Part shown: in pieces, positions 1 through 17,300 of the stretch
Numbering within the stretch: the stretch's first letter is position 1
Layout: each line of letters begins with the position of its first letter
Origin: the human T2T-CHM13v2.0 reference genome, Homo sapiens
DNA: 64,000 nucleotides
Assembly: GCF_009914755.1 (NCBI RefSeq)
Contig: NC_060937.1
Reading direction: 5' to 3' (one strand)
The notes under the pieces: model-generated
What the model was told of the DNA's origin: nothing
The model's input: the letters and a program-made list of their open reading frames with translations, nothing else
Databases searched by the model: none
Translations under genes and position numbers: made by a program

Positions 1-409
1 CCATTTATAATAAACTCTACATAAAATACCAAAGTACCCAAACTGTGTATTATATACTGTCCATAAAATATCAAAGGACCCAAAATATATATTGTAAACT
101 CTACATAAAATATCAAAGTAGCCAAAATACATATTGTATACTGTACATAAAATATAAAAGTACCCCAAATATATATTATATACTGTACATAAAATATCAA
201 AGTACCCATAATACATATTATATACTGTACATAAAATATCAAAGGACCCAAAATAAACATTATATACTGTACATAAAATATCCAAATACTCAAAATATAT
301 ATTACATACTGTACATAAAATATCAAAGTACCCAAATTATGTATTATATACTGTATATAAAATATCAGAGTACCCAAAATATGCATTATATATTGTACAT
401 AAAATATGA

Positions 410-3400
410 AGGTACATCAAATATATAGTATATGCTGCACATAAAATATCAAAGTACCCAAAGTATGTATTATATACTGTACATAAAATATCAAAGTACC
501 AAAAGTATATATTACCTACTGTAAATAAAATATGAAGATACCTCAAATATATATTATATTCTGTACATAAAATATCAAAGTGCACCAAGTATATACTATA
601 TACTCTACATAAAATATTAAATTACCCAAAATATGTATTGTATTGTGTACATAAAATATGAAAGTAACCAAACATTTATAATAAACTGTACATAAAATAT
701 CAAAGTACTCAAACTTTATATTATATACTGTACATAAAGTATCAAAGTACCCAAACTGTGTAGTATATACTGTACATGAAATATCAAGGTACCCAAAATG
801 TATATTGTAAACTGTAGATAAAATATCAAAGTACCCAAAATATATATTATATACTGTACATAAAATATGAAGGCACATCCAATATATATTATATTCTGTA
901 CATAAAATATCAAAGTACACCAAATGTATATTATATACTGTACATAAAATATAAAACTACCCCAAATATATCTTATATAGTCTACATAAAATATCAAAGT
1001 ACCCAAAATATATATTATATACTGTACATAAAATATCAAAGTACCCATAGTATGTATTATATCCTGTACATAAAATATGAAGGTACATCAAATATATATT
1101 CTATTCTGCACATAAAATATCATATTGCACCAAATATATATTGTATACTGTATATAAAATATGAAGGTACTTCAAATATATATTATATGCTGCACATAAA
1201 ATATCAAAGTACCCAAAGTATGCATTATATACTGTACATAAAATATCAAAGTACCCAAAGTGTATATTATATACTGTACATAAATTATGAAGGTTCATCA
1301 AATATATTTTATATTCTGCACATAATATATCAAAGTACAGCAAATATATATTATATATTGTACATAAAATAACAAAGTACCAAAAATATGTATTATATAC
1401 TGTACATAAAATATGAAAGTAACCAAACATTTATAATAAACTGTACATAAAATATCAAAGTACTCAATCTACATATTATATACAGTATATAAAATATCAA
1501 AGTACCCAAACTATATATTATATACTGTACATACTATATCAAAGTACCCAAATATATAGCATACTGTCCATAAAATATCAAAGTACCCAAAATATATATT
1601 GTATACTGTACATAAAATATGAAGGTACATCAAAGATATATTATATCCTGTACATAAAATATCAAAGTATACCAAATATATATTATATGCTGTACATAAT
1701 ATATTAAAGTCGACCAAATATATATTATATACTGTACATAAAATATGAAGGTACCTCAACTATATATTATATGCTGCACATAAAATATCAAAGTACCCAA
1801 AGTATGTATTATATACTGTACATAAAATATCAAAGTACCCAAAGTATATATTATATACTGTACATAAAATATAAAATACCCCAAATATATATTATATGCT
1901 GTACATAAAATATCAAAGTACACAAAATATGTATTATGTACTGTACATACAATATAAAGGACCCAAAATATATACTATATACTGTACATAAAATATCAAA
2001 ATACCCAAAATATATATTATATACTGTACATAAAATACCAAAGTACCCAAAATATATATTATATACCGTACAAAAAATATCAAAGTAGCCAAAATATGTA
2101 TTATACACTGTACATAATATATGAAAGTACCCAAACATTTATAATAAACTGTACATAAAATATCAATGTACTCAAACTATGTATTATGTGCGGTACATAA
2201 CATATCAAAGTATCCATACTATATAGTATGTACTGCACTTAAAATATCAAAATACCCAAAATATATATTATATACGTTACATAAACTATCAAATACACAA
2301 AGTATGTATTATATACTGTACATAAAATAGCAAAGTTCCCAAAATATGTATTATATACTGTACATAAAATATGAAAGTACCCAACCATTTATAATAAACT
2401 CTACATAAAATACCAAAGTACCCAAACTGTGTATTATATACTGTCCATAAAATATCAAAGTACCCAAAATATATATTGCAAACTCTACAAAAAATATCAA
2501 AGTAGCCAAAATACATATTGTATACTGTACATAAAATATAAAAGTACCCCAAATATATATTATATACTGTACATAAAATATCAAAGTACCAATAATACAT
2601 ATTATATACTGTACATAAAATATCAAAGGACCCAAAATAAACATTATATACTGTACATAAAATATCCAAATACTCAAAATATATATTACATACTGTACAT
2701 AAAATATCAAAGTACCCAAATTATGTATTATATACTGTACGTAAAATATCAGAGTACCCAAAATATGCATTATATACTGTACATAAAATATGAAAGTAAC
2801 AAAACATTTATAATAAACTGTACATAAAATATCAAAGTACTCAAACTATATATCATATACTGTACATAAAATATCAAAGTACCCAAACTGTGTATTATTA
2901 TATACTGTATATAAAATATCAAAGTACCTGAAATATATATTGTATACTGTACATAAAATATCAAAGTACCCAAAATATATACTATATACTGAACATAAAA
3001 TATGAAGGTACATCAAATATATATTATATCCTGTACATAAAATATCAAAGTACACCTATTATATATTGTGTACTGTACATAATATATTAAATCGCCCAAA
3101 TATATATTGTATACTGTATATAAAATATGAAGGTACTTCAAATATATATTATATGCTGCACATAAAATATCAAAGTACCCAAAGTATGCATTACATACTG
3201 TACATAAAATATCAAAGTACACAAATTATATATTATATACTGTACATAAAATATGTAGGTTCATCAAATATATTTTATATTCTGTACATAATATATCAAA
3301 GTACATCAAATATATATTATATACGGTACATAAAATATCAAAGTACCCAAAATATGTATTATTTAATGTACATAACATATGAAAGTAACCAAACATTTAT

Positions 3401-5750
3401 AATAAACTGTACATAAAATATCAAAGTACTCAATCTACATATTATATACAGTATATAAAATATCAAAGTACACAAACTGTATATTATATACTGTACATAA
3501 TATATCAAAGTACCCAGAATATATAGCATACTGTACATACAATATCAAAGTACCCAGAATGTATATTGTATACTGTACATAAAATATGAAGGTACATCAA
3601 AGATATATTATATTCTGTACATAAAATATCAAAGTACACCAAATATATATTATATGCTGTACATAATATATTAAATTTGCCCATGCATACATTTTATACT
3701 GTACATAAAATATGAAGGTACATCAAATATATAGTATATGCTGCACATAAAATATCAAAGTACCCAAAGTATGTATTATATACTGTACATAAAATATCAA
3801 AGTACCAAAAGTATATATTACCTACTGTAAATAAAATATGAAGATACCTCAAATATATATTATATTCTGTACATAAAATATCAAAGTACACCAAGTATAT
3901 ACTATATACTCTATATAAAATATTAAATTACCCAAAATATGTATTGTATTGTGTACATAAAATATGAAAGTAACCAAACATTTATAATAAACTGTACATA
4001 AAATATCAAAGTACTCAAACTTTATATTATATACTGTACATAAAGTATCAAAGTACCCAAACTGTGTAGTATATACTGTACATAAAATATCAAGATACCC
4101 AAAATGTATATTGTAAACTGTAGATAAAATATCAAAGTACCCAAAATATATATTATATACTGTACATAAAATATGAAGGCACATCCAATATATATTATAT
4201 TCTGTACATAAAATATCAAAGTACACCAAATGTATATTATATACTGTACATAAAATATAAAACTACCCCAAATATATCTTATATACTCTACATAAAATAT
4301 CAAAGTACCCAAAATATATATTATATACTGTACATAAAATATCAAAGTACCCATAGTATGTATTATATCCTGTACATAAAATATGAAGGTACAGCAAATA
4401 TATATTCTATTCTGCACATAAAATAACATATTGCACCAAATATATATTGTATACTGTATATAAAATATGAAGGTACTTCAAATATATATTATATGCTGCA
4501 CATAAAATATCAAAGAACCCAAAGTATGCATTATATACTGTACATAAAATATCAAAGTACCCAAAGTGTATATTATATACTGTACATAAAATATGAAGGT
4601 TCATCAAATATATTTTATATTCTGCACATAATATATCAAAGTACAGCAAATATATATTATATACTGTACATAAAATAACAAAGTACCAAAAATATGTATT
4701 ATATACTGTACATAAAATATGAAAGTAACCAAATATTTATAATAAACTGTATATAAAATATCAAAGTACTCAAACTACATATTATATACAGTATATAAAA
4801 TATCAAAGTACCCAAACTATATATTATATACTGTACATACTATATCAAAGTACCCAAATATATAGCATACTGTCCATAAAATATCAAAGTACCCAAAATA
4901 TATATTGTATACTGTACATAAAATATGAAGGTACATCAAAGATATATTATATCCTGTACATAAAATATCAAAGTACACCAAATATATATTATATGCTGTA
5001 CATAATATATTAAAGTCGACCAAATATATATTATATACTGTACATAAAATATGAAGGTACCTCAACTATATATTATATGCTGCACATAAAATATCAAAGT
5101 ACCCAAAGTATGTATTATATACTGTACATAAACTATCAAAGTACCCAAAGTATATATTTTATACTGTACATAAAATATAAAATGCCCCAAATATATATTA
5201 TATGCTGTACATAAAATATCAAAGTACACAAAATATGTATTATGTACTGTACATACAATATAAAGGACCCAAAATATATACTATATACTGTACATAAAAT
5301 ATCAAAATACCCAAAATATATATTATATACTGTACATAAAATACCAAAGTACCCAAAGTATATATTATATACCGTACAAAAAATATCAAAGTAGCCAAAA
5401 TATGTATTATACACTGTACGTAATATATGAAAGTACCCAAACATTTATAATAAACTGTACATAAAATATCAATGTACTCAAACTATGTATTATGTGCGGT
5501 ACATAACATATCAAAGTACCCATACTATATAGTATGTACTGCACTTAAAATATCAAAATACCCAAAATATATATTATATACGTTACATAAACTATCAAAT
5601 ACACAAAGTATGTATTATATACTGTACATAAAATAGCAAAGTTCCCAAAATATGTATTATATACTGTACATAAAATATGAAAGTACCCAACCATTTATAA
5701 TAAACTCTACATAAAATACCAAAGTACCCAAACTGTGTATTATATACTGT
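410..5750 (+). repeat. Tandem B-type units with 3,306-bp period
   Basis: ORFs 543/3849, 1511/4817, 1934/5240 and 2289/5595 are offset by 3306. Shared private variants CATACAATATAAAGG (1-bp deletion), CATAACATATC and TACTGCACTT. Confidence 0.85.
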
Positions 5751-7284
5751 CCATAAAATATCAAAGTACCCAAAATATATATTGTAAACTGTACATAAAA
5801 TATCAAAGTAGCCAAAATACATATTGTATACTGTACATAAAATATGAAAGTACCCCAAATATGTATTATATACTGTACATAAAATATCAAAGTACCCATA
5901 ATACATATTATATACTGTACATAAAATATCAAAGGACCCAAAATAAACATTATATACTGTACATAAAATATCCAAATACTCAAAATATATATTACGTACT
6001 GTACATAAAATATCAAAGTACCCAAATTATGTATTATATACTGTACGTAAAATATCAGAGTACCCAAAATATGCATTATATACTGTACATAAAATATGAA
6101 AGTAACAATACATTTATAATAAACTGTACATAAAATATCAAAGTACTCAAACTATATATCATATACTGTACATAAAATATCAAAGTACCCAAACTGTGTA
6201 TTATTATATACTGTATATAAAATATCAAAGTACCTGAAATATATACTGTATACTGTACATAAAATATCAAAGTACCCAAAATATATACTATATACTGTAC
6301 ATAAAATATGAAGGTACATCAAATATATATTATATCCTGTACATAAAATATCAAAGTACACCTATTATATATTGTGTACTGTACATAATATATTAAATCG
6401 CCCAAATATATATTGTATACTGTATATAAAATATGAAGGTACTTCAAATATATATTATATGCTGCACATAAAATATCAAAGTACCCAAAGTATGCATTAA
6501 ACACTGTACATAAAATATCAAAGTACACATATTATCTATTATATAATGTACATAAAATATGAAGGTTCATCAAATATATATTATATTCTGTACATAATAT
6601 ATCAAAGTACATCAAATATATATTATATACTGTACATAAAATATCAAAGTACCAAAAATATGTATTATATACTGTACATAAAACATGAAAGTAACCAAAC
6701 ATTTATAATAAACTGTACATAAAATATCAAAGTACTCAATCTACATATTATATACAGTATATAAAATATCAAAGTACACAAACTGTATATTATATACTGT
6801 ACATAATATATCAAAGTACCCAGAATATATAGCATACTGTACATAAAATATCAAAGTACCCAAAATGTATATTGTATACTGTACATAAAATATGAAGGTA
6901 CATCAAAGATATATTATATTCTGTACATAAAATATCAAAGTACACCAAATATATATTATATGCTGTACATAATATATTAAAGTTGCCCATATATACATTA
7001 TATACTGTACATAAAATATGAACGTACATCAAATATATAGTATATGCTGCACATAAAATATCAAAGTACCCAAAGTATGTATTATACACTGTACATAAAA
7101 TATCAAAGTACCAAAAGTATATATTACATACTGTAAATAAAATATGAAGGTACCTCAAATATATATTATATTCTGTACATAAAATATCAAAGTACACCAA
7201 GTATATACTATATACTCTGCATAAAATATTAAATTACCCAAAATATGTATTGCATTGTGTACATAAAATATGAAAGTAACCAAA

Positions 7285-8206
7285 CATTTATAATAAACTG
7301 TACATAAAATATCAAAGTACTCAAACTGTATATTATATACTGTACATAAAGTATCAAAGTACCCAAACTGTGTAGTATATACTGTACATAAAATATCAAG
7401 GTACCCAAAATATATATTGTAAACTGTAGATAAAATATCAAAGTACCCAAAATATATATTATATACTGTACATAAAATATGAAGGCACATCCAATATATA
7501 TTATATTCTGTACATAATATATCAAAGTACACCAAATGTATATTATATACTGTACATAAAATATCAAAGTACCCAAAGTGTATATTATATACTGTACATA
7601 AACTATGAAAGTTCATCAAATATATTTTATATTCTGCACATAATATATCAAAGTACAGCAAATATATATTATATACTGTACATAAAATATCAAAGTACCC
7701 AAAATATGTATTATATACTGTACATAAAATATGAAAGTAACCAAACATTTATAATAAACTGTACATAAAATATCAAAGTACTCAAACTGTATATTATATA
7801 CTCTACATAAAGTATCAAAGTACCCAAACTGTGTAGTATATACTGTACATAAAATATCAAGGTACCCAAAATATATATTGTAAACTGTAGATAAAATATC
7901 AAAGTACCCAAAATATATATTATATACTGTACATGAAATATGAAGGCCCCTCCAATATATATTATACTCTGTACATAAAATATCAAAGTACACCAAAAGT
8001 ATATTATATACTGTACATAAAATATCAAAGTACCCAAAGTGTATATTATATACTGTACATAAACTATGAAGGTTCATCAAATATATTTTATATTCTGCAC
8101 ATAATATATCAAAGTACAGCAAATATATATTATATACTGTACATAAAATATCAAAGTACCCAAATTATGTATTATATACTGTACATAAAATATGAAAGTA
8201 AGCAAA
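7285..8206 (+). repeat. 461-bp (11-monomer) tandem duplication within an A unit
   Basis: CATTTATAATAAA at 7285, 7746 and 8207; the block AAAGTATC...TGTAGATA...GTACAGC occurs twice; marker spacing 3474 = 3013+461. Confidence 0.88.
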
Positions 8207-9730
8207 CATTTATAATAAACTGTACATAAAGTATCAAAGTACTCAAACTACATATTATATACAGTATATAAAATATCAAAGTACCCAAACTGTATATTAT
8301 ATAATGTACATAATATATCAAAGTACCCGAATATATAGCATACTCTACATAAAATATCAAAGTACCCAAAGTTTGTATTATACACTGCACATAAAATATG
8401 GAGGTACATCAAAGATATATTATATTCTGTACATAAAATATCAAAGTACACCAAATATATGTTATATGCTGTACATAATATATTAAAGTCGACCAAATAT
8501 ATATTATATACTGTACATAAAATATGAAGGTACATCAAATATATATTATATGCTGCACATAAAATATCAAAGTACCCAAAGTATGTGTTATATACTGTAC
8601 ATAAAATATCAAAGTACCCAAAGTATATATTATATACTGTACATAAAATATAAAATACCCCAAATATATATTATATGCTCTACATAAAATATCAAAGTAC
8701 ACAAAATATGTATTATATACTGTACATAAAATACCAAAGGACCCAAAATATATATTATATACTGTACATAAAATATCAAAATACCCAAAATATATATTAT
8801 ATACTGTACATAAAATACCAAAGTACCCAAAGTATATATTATATACCGTACAAAAAATATCAAAGTAGCCAAAATATGTATTATACACTGTACATAATAT
8901 ATGAAAGTACCCAAACATTTATAATAAACTGTACATAAAATATCAATGTACTCAAACTATATATTATGTGCGGTACATAAGATATCAAAGTACCCATACT
9001 ATATAGTATATACTGTACTTAAAATATCAAAATACCCAAAATATATATTATATACGTTACATAAACTATCAAATACACAAAGTATGTATTATATACTGTA
9101 CATAAAATAGCAAAGTTCCCAAAATATGTATTATATACTGTACATAAAATATGAAAGTACCCAACCATTTATAATAAAGTCTACATAAAATACCAAAGTA
9201 CCCAAACTGTGTATTATATACTGTCCATAAAATATCAAAGGACCCAAAATATATATTGTAAACTCTACATAAAATATCAAAGTAGCCAAAATACATATTG
9301 TATACTGTACATAAAATATAAAAGTACCCCAAATATATATTATATACTGTACATAAAATATCAAAGTACCCATAATACATATTATACACTGTACATAAAA
9401 TATCAAAGGACCCAAAATAAACATTATATACTGTACATAAAATATCCAAATACTCAAAATATATATTACATACTGTACATAAAATATCAAAGTACCCAAA
9501 TTATGTATTATACACTGTACGTAAAATATCAGAGTACCCAAAATATGCATTATATACTGTACATAAAATATGAAAGTAACAAAACATTTATAATAAACTG
9601 TACATAAAATATCAAAGTACTCAAACTATATATCATATACTCTACATAAAATATCAAAGTACCCAAACTGTGTATTATTATATACTGTATATAAAATATC
9701 AAAGTACCTGAAATATATACTGTATACTGT

Positions 9731-11313
9731 ACATAAAATATCAAAGTACCCAAAATATATACTATATACTGTACATAAAATATGAAGGTACATCAAATAT
9801 ATATTATATCCTGTACATAAAATATCAAAGTACACCTATTATATATTGTGTACTGTACATAATATATTAAATCGCCCAAATATATATTGTATACTGTATA
9901 TAAAATATGAAGGTACTTCAAATATATATTATATGCTGCACATAAAATATCAAAGTACCCAAAGTATGCATTACATACTGTACATAAAATATCAAAGTAC
10001 ACATATTATCTATTATATAATGTACATAAAATATGAAGGTTCATCAAATATATATTATATTCTGTACATAATATATCAAAGTACATCAAATATATATTAT
10101 ATACTGTACATAAAATATCAAAGTACCAAAAATATGTATTATATACTGTACATAAAACATGAAAGTAACCAAACATTTATAATAAACTGTACATAAAATA
10201 TCAAAGTACTCAATCTACATATTATATACAGTATATAAAATATCAAAGTACACAAACTGTATATTATATACGGTACATAATATATCAAAGTACCCAGAAT
10301 ATATAGCATACTGTAAATAAAATATCAAAGTACCCAAAATATATATTGTATACTGTACATAAAATATGAAGGTACATCAAAGATATATTATATTCTGTAC
10401 ATAAAATATCAAACTACACCAAATATATATTATATGCTGTACATAATATATTAAAGTTGCCCATATATACATTATATACTGTACATAAAATATGAACGTA
10501 CATCAAATATATAGTATATGCTGCACATAAAATATCAAAGTACCCAAAATATATACTATATACTGTACATAAAATATGAAGGTACATCAAATATATATTA
10601 TATCCTGTACATAAAATATCAAAGTACACCTATTATATATTGTGTACTGCACATAATATATTAAATCGCCCAAATATATATTGTATACTGTATATAAAAT
10701 ATGAAGGTACTTCAAATATATATTATATGCTGCACATAAAATATCAAAGTACCCAAAGTATGCATTACATACTGTACATAAAATATCAAATTAAAAAAAT
10801 TATATATTATATTCTGTACATAAAATATGTAGGTTCTTCAAATATATTTTATATTCTGTACATAATATATCAAAGTACATCAAATATATATTATATACGG
10901 TACATAAAATATCAAAGTACCCAAAATATGTATTAATTACTGTGCATAAAATATGAAAGTAACCAAACACTTATAATAAACTGTACATAAAATATCAAAC
11001 TACTCAATCTACATATTATATACAGTATATAAAATATCAAAGTACACAAACTGTATATTATATACTGTACATAATATATCAAAGTACCCAGAATATATAG
11101 CATACTGTACATACAATATCAAAGTACCCAGAATGTATATTGTATTCTGTACATAAAATATGAATGTACATCAAAGATATATTCTGTACATAAAATATCA
11201 AAGTACACCAAATATATATTATATGCTGTACATAATATATTAAAGTTGCCCATGCATACATTTTATACTGTACATAAAATATGAAGGTACATCAAATATA
11301 TAGTATATGCTGC
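9731..11313 (+). repeat. 794-bp (19-monomer) tandem duplication, A-type copy followed by B-type copy
   Basis: TACACCTATT at 9831 and 10625; junction inside ACATAAAATATCAAAGTACCCAAA at 10525-10548; the second copy has a 5-bp deletion near 11180. Confidence 0.85.
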
Positions 11314-14300
11314 ACATAAAATATCAAAGTACCCAAAGTATGTATTATATACTGTACATAAAATATCAAAGTACCAAAAGTATATATTACCTACTGGAAA
11401 TAAAATATGAAGATACCTCAAATATATATTATATTCTGTACATGAAATATCAAAGTACACCAAGTATATACTATATACTCTACATAAAATATTAAATTAC
11501 CCAAAATATGTATTGTATTGTGTACATAAAATATGAAAGTAACCAAACATTTATAATAAACTGTACATAAAATATCAAAGTACTCAAACTTTATATTATA
11601 TACTGTACATAAAGTATCAAAGTACCCAAACTGTGTAGTATATACTGTACATAAAATATCAAGGTACCCAAAATGTGTATTGTAAACTGTAGATAAAATA
11701 TCAAAGTACCCAAAATATATATTATATACTGTACATAAAATATGAAGGCTCATCCAATATATATTATATTCTGTACATAAAATATCAAAGTACACCAAAT
11801 GTATATTATATACTGTACATAAAATATAAAACTACGCCAAATATATCTTATATACTCTACATAAAATATCAAAGTACCCAAAATATATATTATATACTGT
11901 ACATAAAATATCAAAGTACCCATAGTATGTATTATATCCTGTACATAAAATATGAAGGTACATCAAATATATATTCTATTCTGCACATAAAATATCATAT
12001 TGCACCAAATATATATTGTATACTGTATATAAAATATGAAGGTACTTCAAATATATATTATATGCTGCACATAAAATATCAAAGTACCCAAAGTATGCAT
12101 TATATACTGTACATAAAATATCAAAGTACCCAAAGTGTATATTATATACTGTACATAAAATATGAAGGTTCATCAAATATATTTTATATTCTGCACATAA
12201 TATATCAAAGTACAGCAAATATATATTATATACTGTACATAAAATATCAAAGTACCCAAAATATGTATTATATACTGTACATAAAATATGAAAGTAACCA
12301 AACATTTATAATAAACTGTACATAAAATATCAAAGTACTCAAACTACATATTATATACAGTATATAAAATGTCAAAGTACCCAAACTGTATATTATATAC
12401 TGTACATAATATATCAAAGTACCCAAATATATAGCATACTGTACATAAAATATCAAAGTACCCAAAGTGTGTATTATACACTGCACATAAAATATGAAGG
12501 TACATCAAAGATATATTATATTCTGTACATAAAATATCAAAGTACACCAAATATATATTATATGCTGTACAGAATATATTAAAGTCGACCAAATATATAT
12601 TATATACTGTACATAAAATATGAAGGTACATCAAATATATATTATATGCTGCACATAAAATATCAAAGTACCCAAAGTATGTATTATATACTGTACATAA
12701 AATATCAAAGTACCCAAAGTATATATTATATACTGTACATAAAATATAAAATACCCCAAATATATATTATATCCTGTACATAAAATATCAAAGTACCCAA
12801 AATATATATTGTAAACTGTACATAAAATATCAAAGTAGCCAAAATATATATTGTATACTGTCCATAAAATATAAAAGTACCCCAAATATGTATTATATAC
12901 TGTACATAAAATATCAAAGTACCGATAATACATATTATATACTGTACATAAAATATCAAAGGACCCAAAATAAACATTATATACTGTACATAAAATATCC
13001 AAATACTCAAAATATATATTACATACTGTACATAAAATATCAAAGTACCCAAATTATGTATTATATACTGTACGTAAAATATCAGAGTACCCAAAATATG
13101 CATTATATACTGTACATAAAATATGAAAGTAACAAAACATTTATAATAAACTGTACATAAAATATCAAAGTACTCAAACTATATATCATATACTGTACAT
13201 AAAATATCAAAGTACCCAAACTGTGTATTATTATATACTGTATATAAAATATCAAAGTACCTGAAATATATATTGTATACTATACATAAAATATCAAAGT
13301 ACCCAAAATATATACTATATACTGTACATAAAATATGAAGGTACATCAAATATATATTATATCCTGTACATAAAATATCAAAGTACACCTATTATATATT
13401 GTGTACTGTACATAATATATTAAATCGCCCAAATATATATTGTATACTGTATATAAAATATGAAGGTACTTCAAATATATATTATATGCTGCACATAAAA
13501 TATCAAAGTACCCAAGGTATGCATTACATACTGTACATAAACTATCAAAGTACACATATTATATATTATATAATATACATAAAATATGAAGGTTCATCAA
13601 ATATATATTATATTCTGTACATAATATATCAAAGTACATCAAATATATATTATATACTGTACATAAAATATCAAAGTACCAAAAATATGTATTATATACT
13701 GTACATAAAACATGAAAGTAACCAAACATTTATAATAAACTGTACATGAAATATCAAAGTACTCAGTCTACATATTATATACAGTATATAAAATATCAAA
13801 GTACACACACTGTATATTATATACTGTACATAATATATCAAAATACCCAGAATATATAGCATACTGTACATAAAATATCAAAGTACCCAAAATATATATT
13901 GTATACTGTACATAAAATATGAAGGTACATCAAAGATATATTATATTCTGTACATAAAATATCAAACTACACCAAATATATATTATATGCTGTACATAAT
14001 ATATTAAAGTTGCCCATATATACATTATATACTGTACATAAAATATGAACGTACATCAAATATATAGTATATGCTGCACATAAAATATCAAAGTACCCAA
14101 AGTATGTATTATACACTGTACATAAAATATCAAAGTACCAAAAGTATATATTACATACTGTAAATAAAATATGAAGGTACCTCAAATATATATTATATTC
14201 TGTACATGAAATATCAAAGTACACCAAGTATATACTATATACTCTGCATAAAATATTAAATTACCCAAAATATGTATTGCATTGTGTACATAAAATATGA

Positions 14301-17300
14301 AAGTAACCAAACATTTATAATAAACTGTACATAAAATTTCAAAGTACTCAAACTGTATATTATATACTGTACATAAAGTATCAAAGTACCCAAACTGTGT
14401 AGTATATACTGTACATAAAATATCAAGGTACCCAAAATATATATTGTAAACTGTAGATAAAATATCAAAGTACCCAAAATATATATTATATACTGTACAT
14501 AAAATATGAAGGCACATCCAATATATACTATATTCTGTACATAAAATATCAAAGTACACCAAATGTATATTATATACTGTACAAAAAATATCAAAGTACC
14601 CAAAGTGTATATTATATACTGTACATAAAATATGAAGGTTCATCAAATATATTTTATATTCTGCACATAATATATCAAAGTACAGCAAATATATATTATA
14701 TACTGTACATAAAATATCAAAGTACCCAAAATATGTATTATATACTGTACATAAAATATGAAAGTAACCAAACATTTATAATAAACTGTACATAAAGTAT
14801 CAAAGTACTCAAACTACATATTATATACAGTATATAAAATGTCAAAGTACCCAAACTGTATATTATATACTGTACATAATATATCAAAGTACCCGAATAT
14901 ATAGCATACTGTACATAAAATATCAAGGTACCCAAAGTGTGTATTATACACTGCACATAAAATATGAAGGTACATAAAATATATATTGTATTCTGTACAT
15001 AAAATATCAAAGTACTCCAAATATATATTATATGCTGTACATAATATATTATAGTCGCCCAAATATATATTATATACTGTACATAAAATATGAAGGTACA
15101 TCAAATATATATTATATGCTGCACATAAAATATCAAAGTACCCAAAGTATGTGTTATATACTGTACATAAAATATCAAAGTACCCAATGTATATATTATA
15201 TACTGTACATAAAATATAAAATACCCCAAATATATATTATATGCTATACATAAAATATCAAAGTACACAAAATATGTATTATATACTGTACATAAAATAC
15301 CAAAGGACCCAAAATATATATTATATACTGTACATAAAATATCAAAATACCCAAAATATATATTATATACTGTACATAAAATACCAAAGTACCCAAAGTA
15401 TATATTATATACCGTACAAAAAATATCAAAGTAGCCAAAATATGTATTATACACTGTACATAATATATGAAAGTACCCAAACATTTATAATAAACTGTAC
15501 ATAAAATATCAATGTACTCAAACTATATATTATGTGCGGTACATAAGATATCAAAGTACCCATACTATATAGTATATACTGTACTTAAAATATCAAAATA
15601 CCCAAAATATATATTATATACGTTACATAAACTATCAAATACACAAAGTATGTATTATATACTGTACATAAAATAGAAAAGTTCCCAAAATATGTATTAT
15701 ATATATTATAAATATGTACATAAAATATGAAAGTACCCAACCATTTATAATAAACTCTACATAAAACACCAAAGTACCCAAACTGTGTATTATATACTGT
15801 CCATAAAATATCAAAGTACCCAAAATATGTATTGTAAACTCTACATAAAATATCAAAGTAGCCAAAATACATATTGTATACTGTACATAAAATATAAAAG
15901 TACCCCAAATATATATTATATACTGTACATAAAATATCAAAGTACCCATAATACATATTATATACTGTACATAAAATATCAAAGGACCCAAAATAAACAT
16001 TATATACTGTACATAAAATATCCAAATACTCAAAATATATATTACATACTGTACATAAAATATCAAAGTACCCAAATTATGTACTATATACTGTACGTAA
16101 AATATCAGAGTACCCAAAATATGCATTATATACTGTACATAAAATATGAAAGTAACAAAACATTTATAATAAACTGTACATAAAATATCAAAGTACTCAA
16201 ACTATATATCATATACTGTACATAAAATATCAAAGTACCCAAACTGTGTATTATTATATACTGTATATAAAATATCAAAGTACCTGAAATATATATTTTA
16301 TACTGTACATAAAATATCAAAGTACCCAAAATATATACTATATACTGTACATAAAATATGAAGGTACATCAAATATATATTATATCCTGTACATAAAATA
16401 ACAAAGTACACCTATTATATATTGTGTACTGTACATAATATATTAAATCGCCCAAATATATATTGTATACTGTATATAAAATATGAAGGTACTTCAAATA
16501 TATATTATATGCTGCACATAAAATATCAAAGTACCCAAGGTATGCATTACATACTGTACATAAAATATCAAAGTACACAAATTATATATTATATACTGTA
16601 CATAAAATATGTAGGTTCATCAAATATATTTTATATTCTGTACATAATATATCAAAGTACATCAAATATATATTATATACGGTACATAAAATATCAAATT
16701 ACCCAAAATATATATTATTTACTGTACATAAAATATGAAAGTAACCAAACATTTATAATAAACTGTACATAAATTATCAAAGTACTCAATCTACATATTA
16801 TATACAGTATATAAAATATCAAAGTACACAAACTGTATATTATATACTGTACATAATATGTCAAAGTACCCAGAATATATAGCATACTGTACATACAATA
16901 TCAAAGTACCCAGAATGTATATTGTATACTGTACATAAAATATGAAGGTACATCAAAGATATATTATATTCTGTACATAAAATATCAAAGTACACCAAAT
17001 ATATATTATATGCTGTACATAATATATTAAAGTTGCCCATGTATACATTTTATACTGTACATAAAATATGAAGGTACATCAAATATATAGTATATGCTGC
17101 ACATAAAATATCAAAGTACCCAAAGTATGTATTATATACTGTACATAAAATATCAAAGTACCAAAAGTATATATTACCTACTGTAAATAAAATGTGAAGA
17201 TACCTCAAATATATATTATATTCTGTACATGAAATATCAAAGTACACCAAGTATATACTATATACTCTACATAAAATATTAAATTACCCAAAATATGTAT

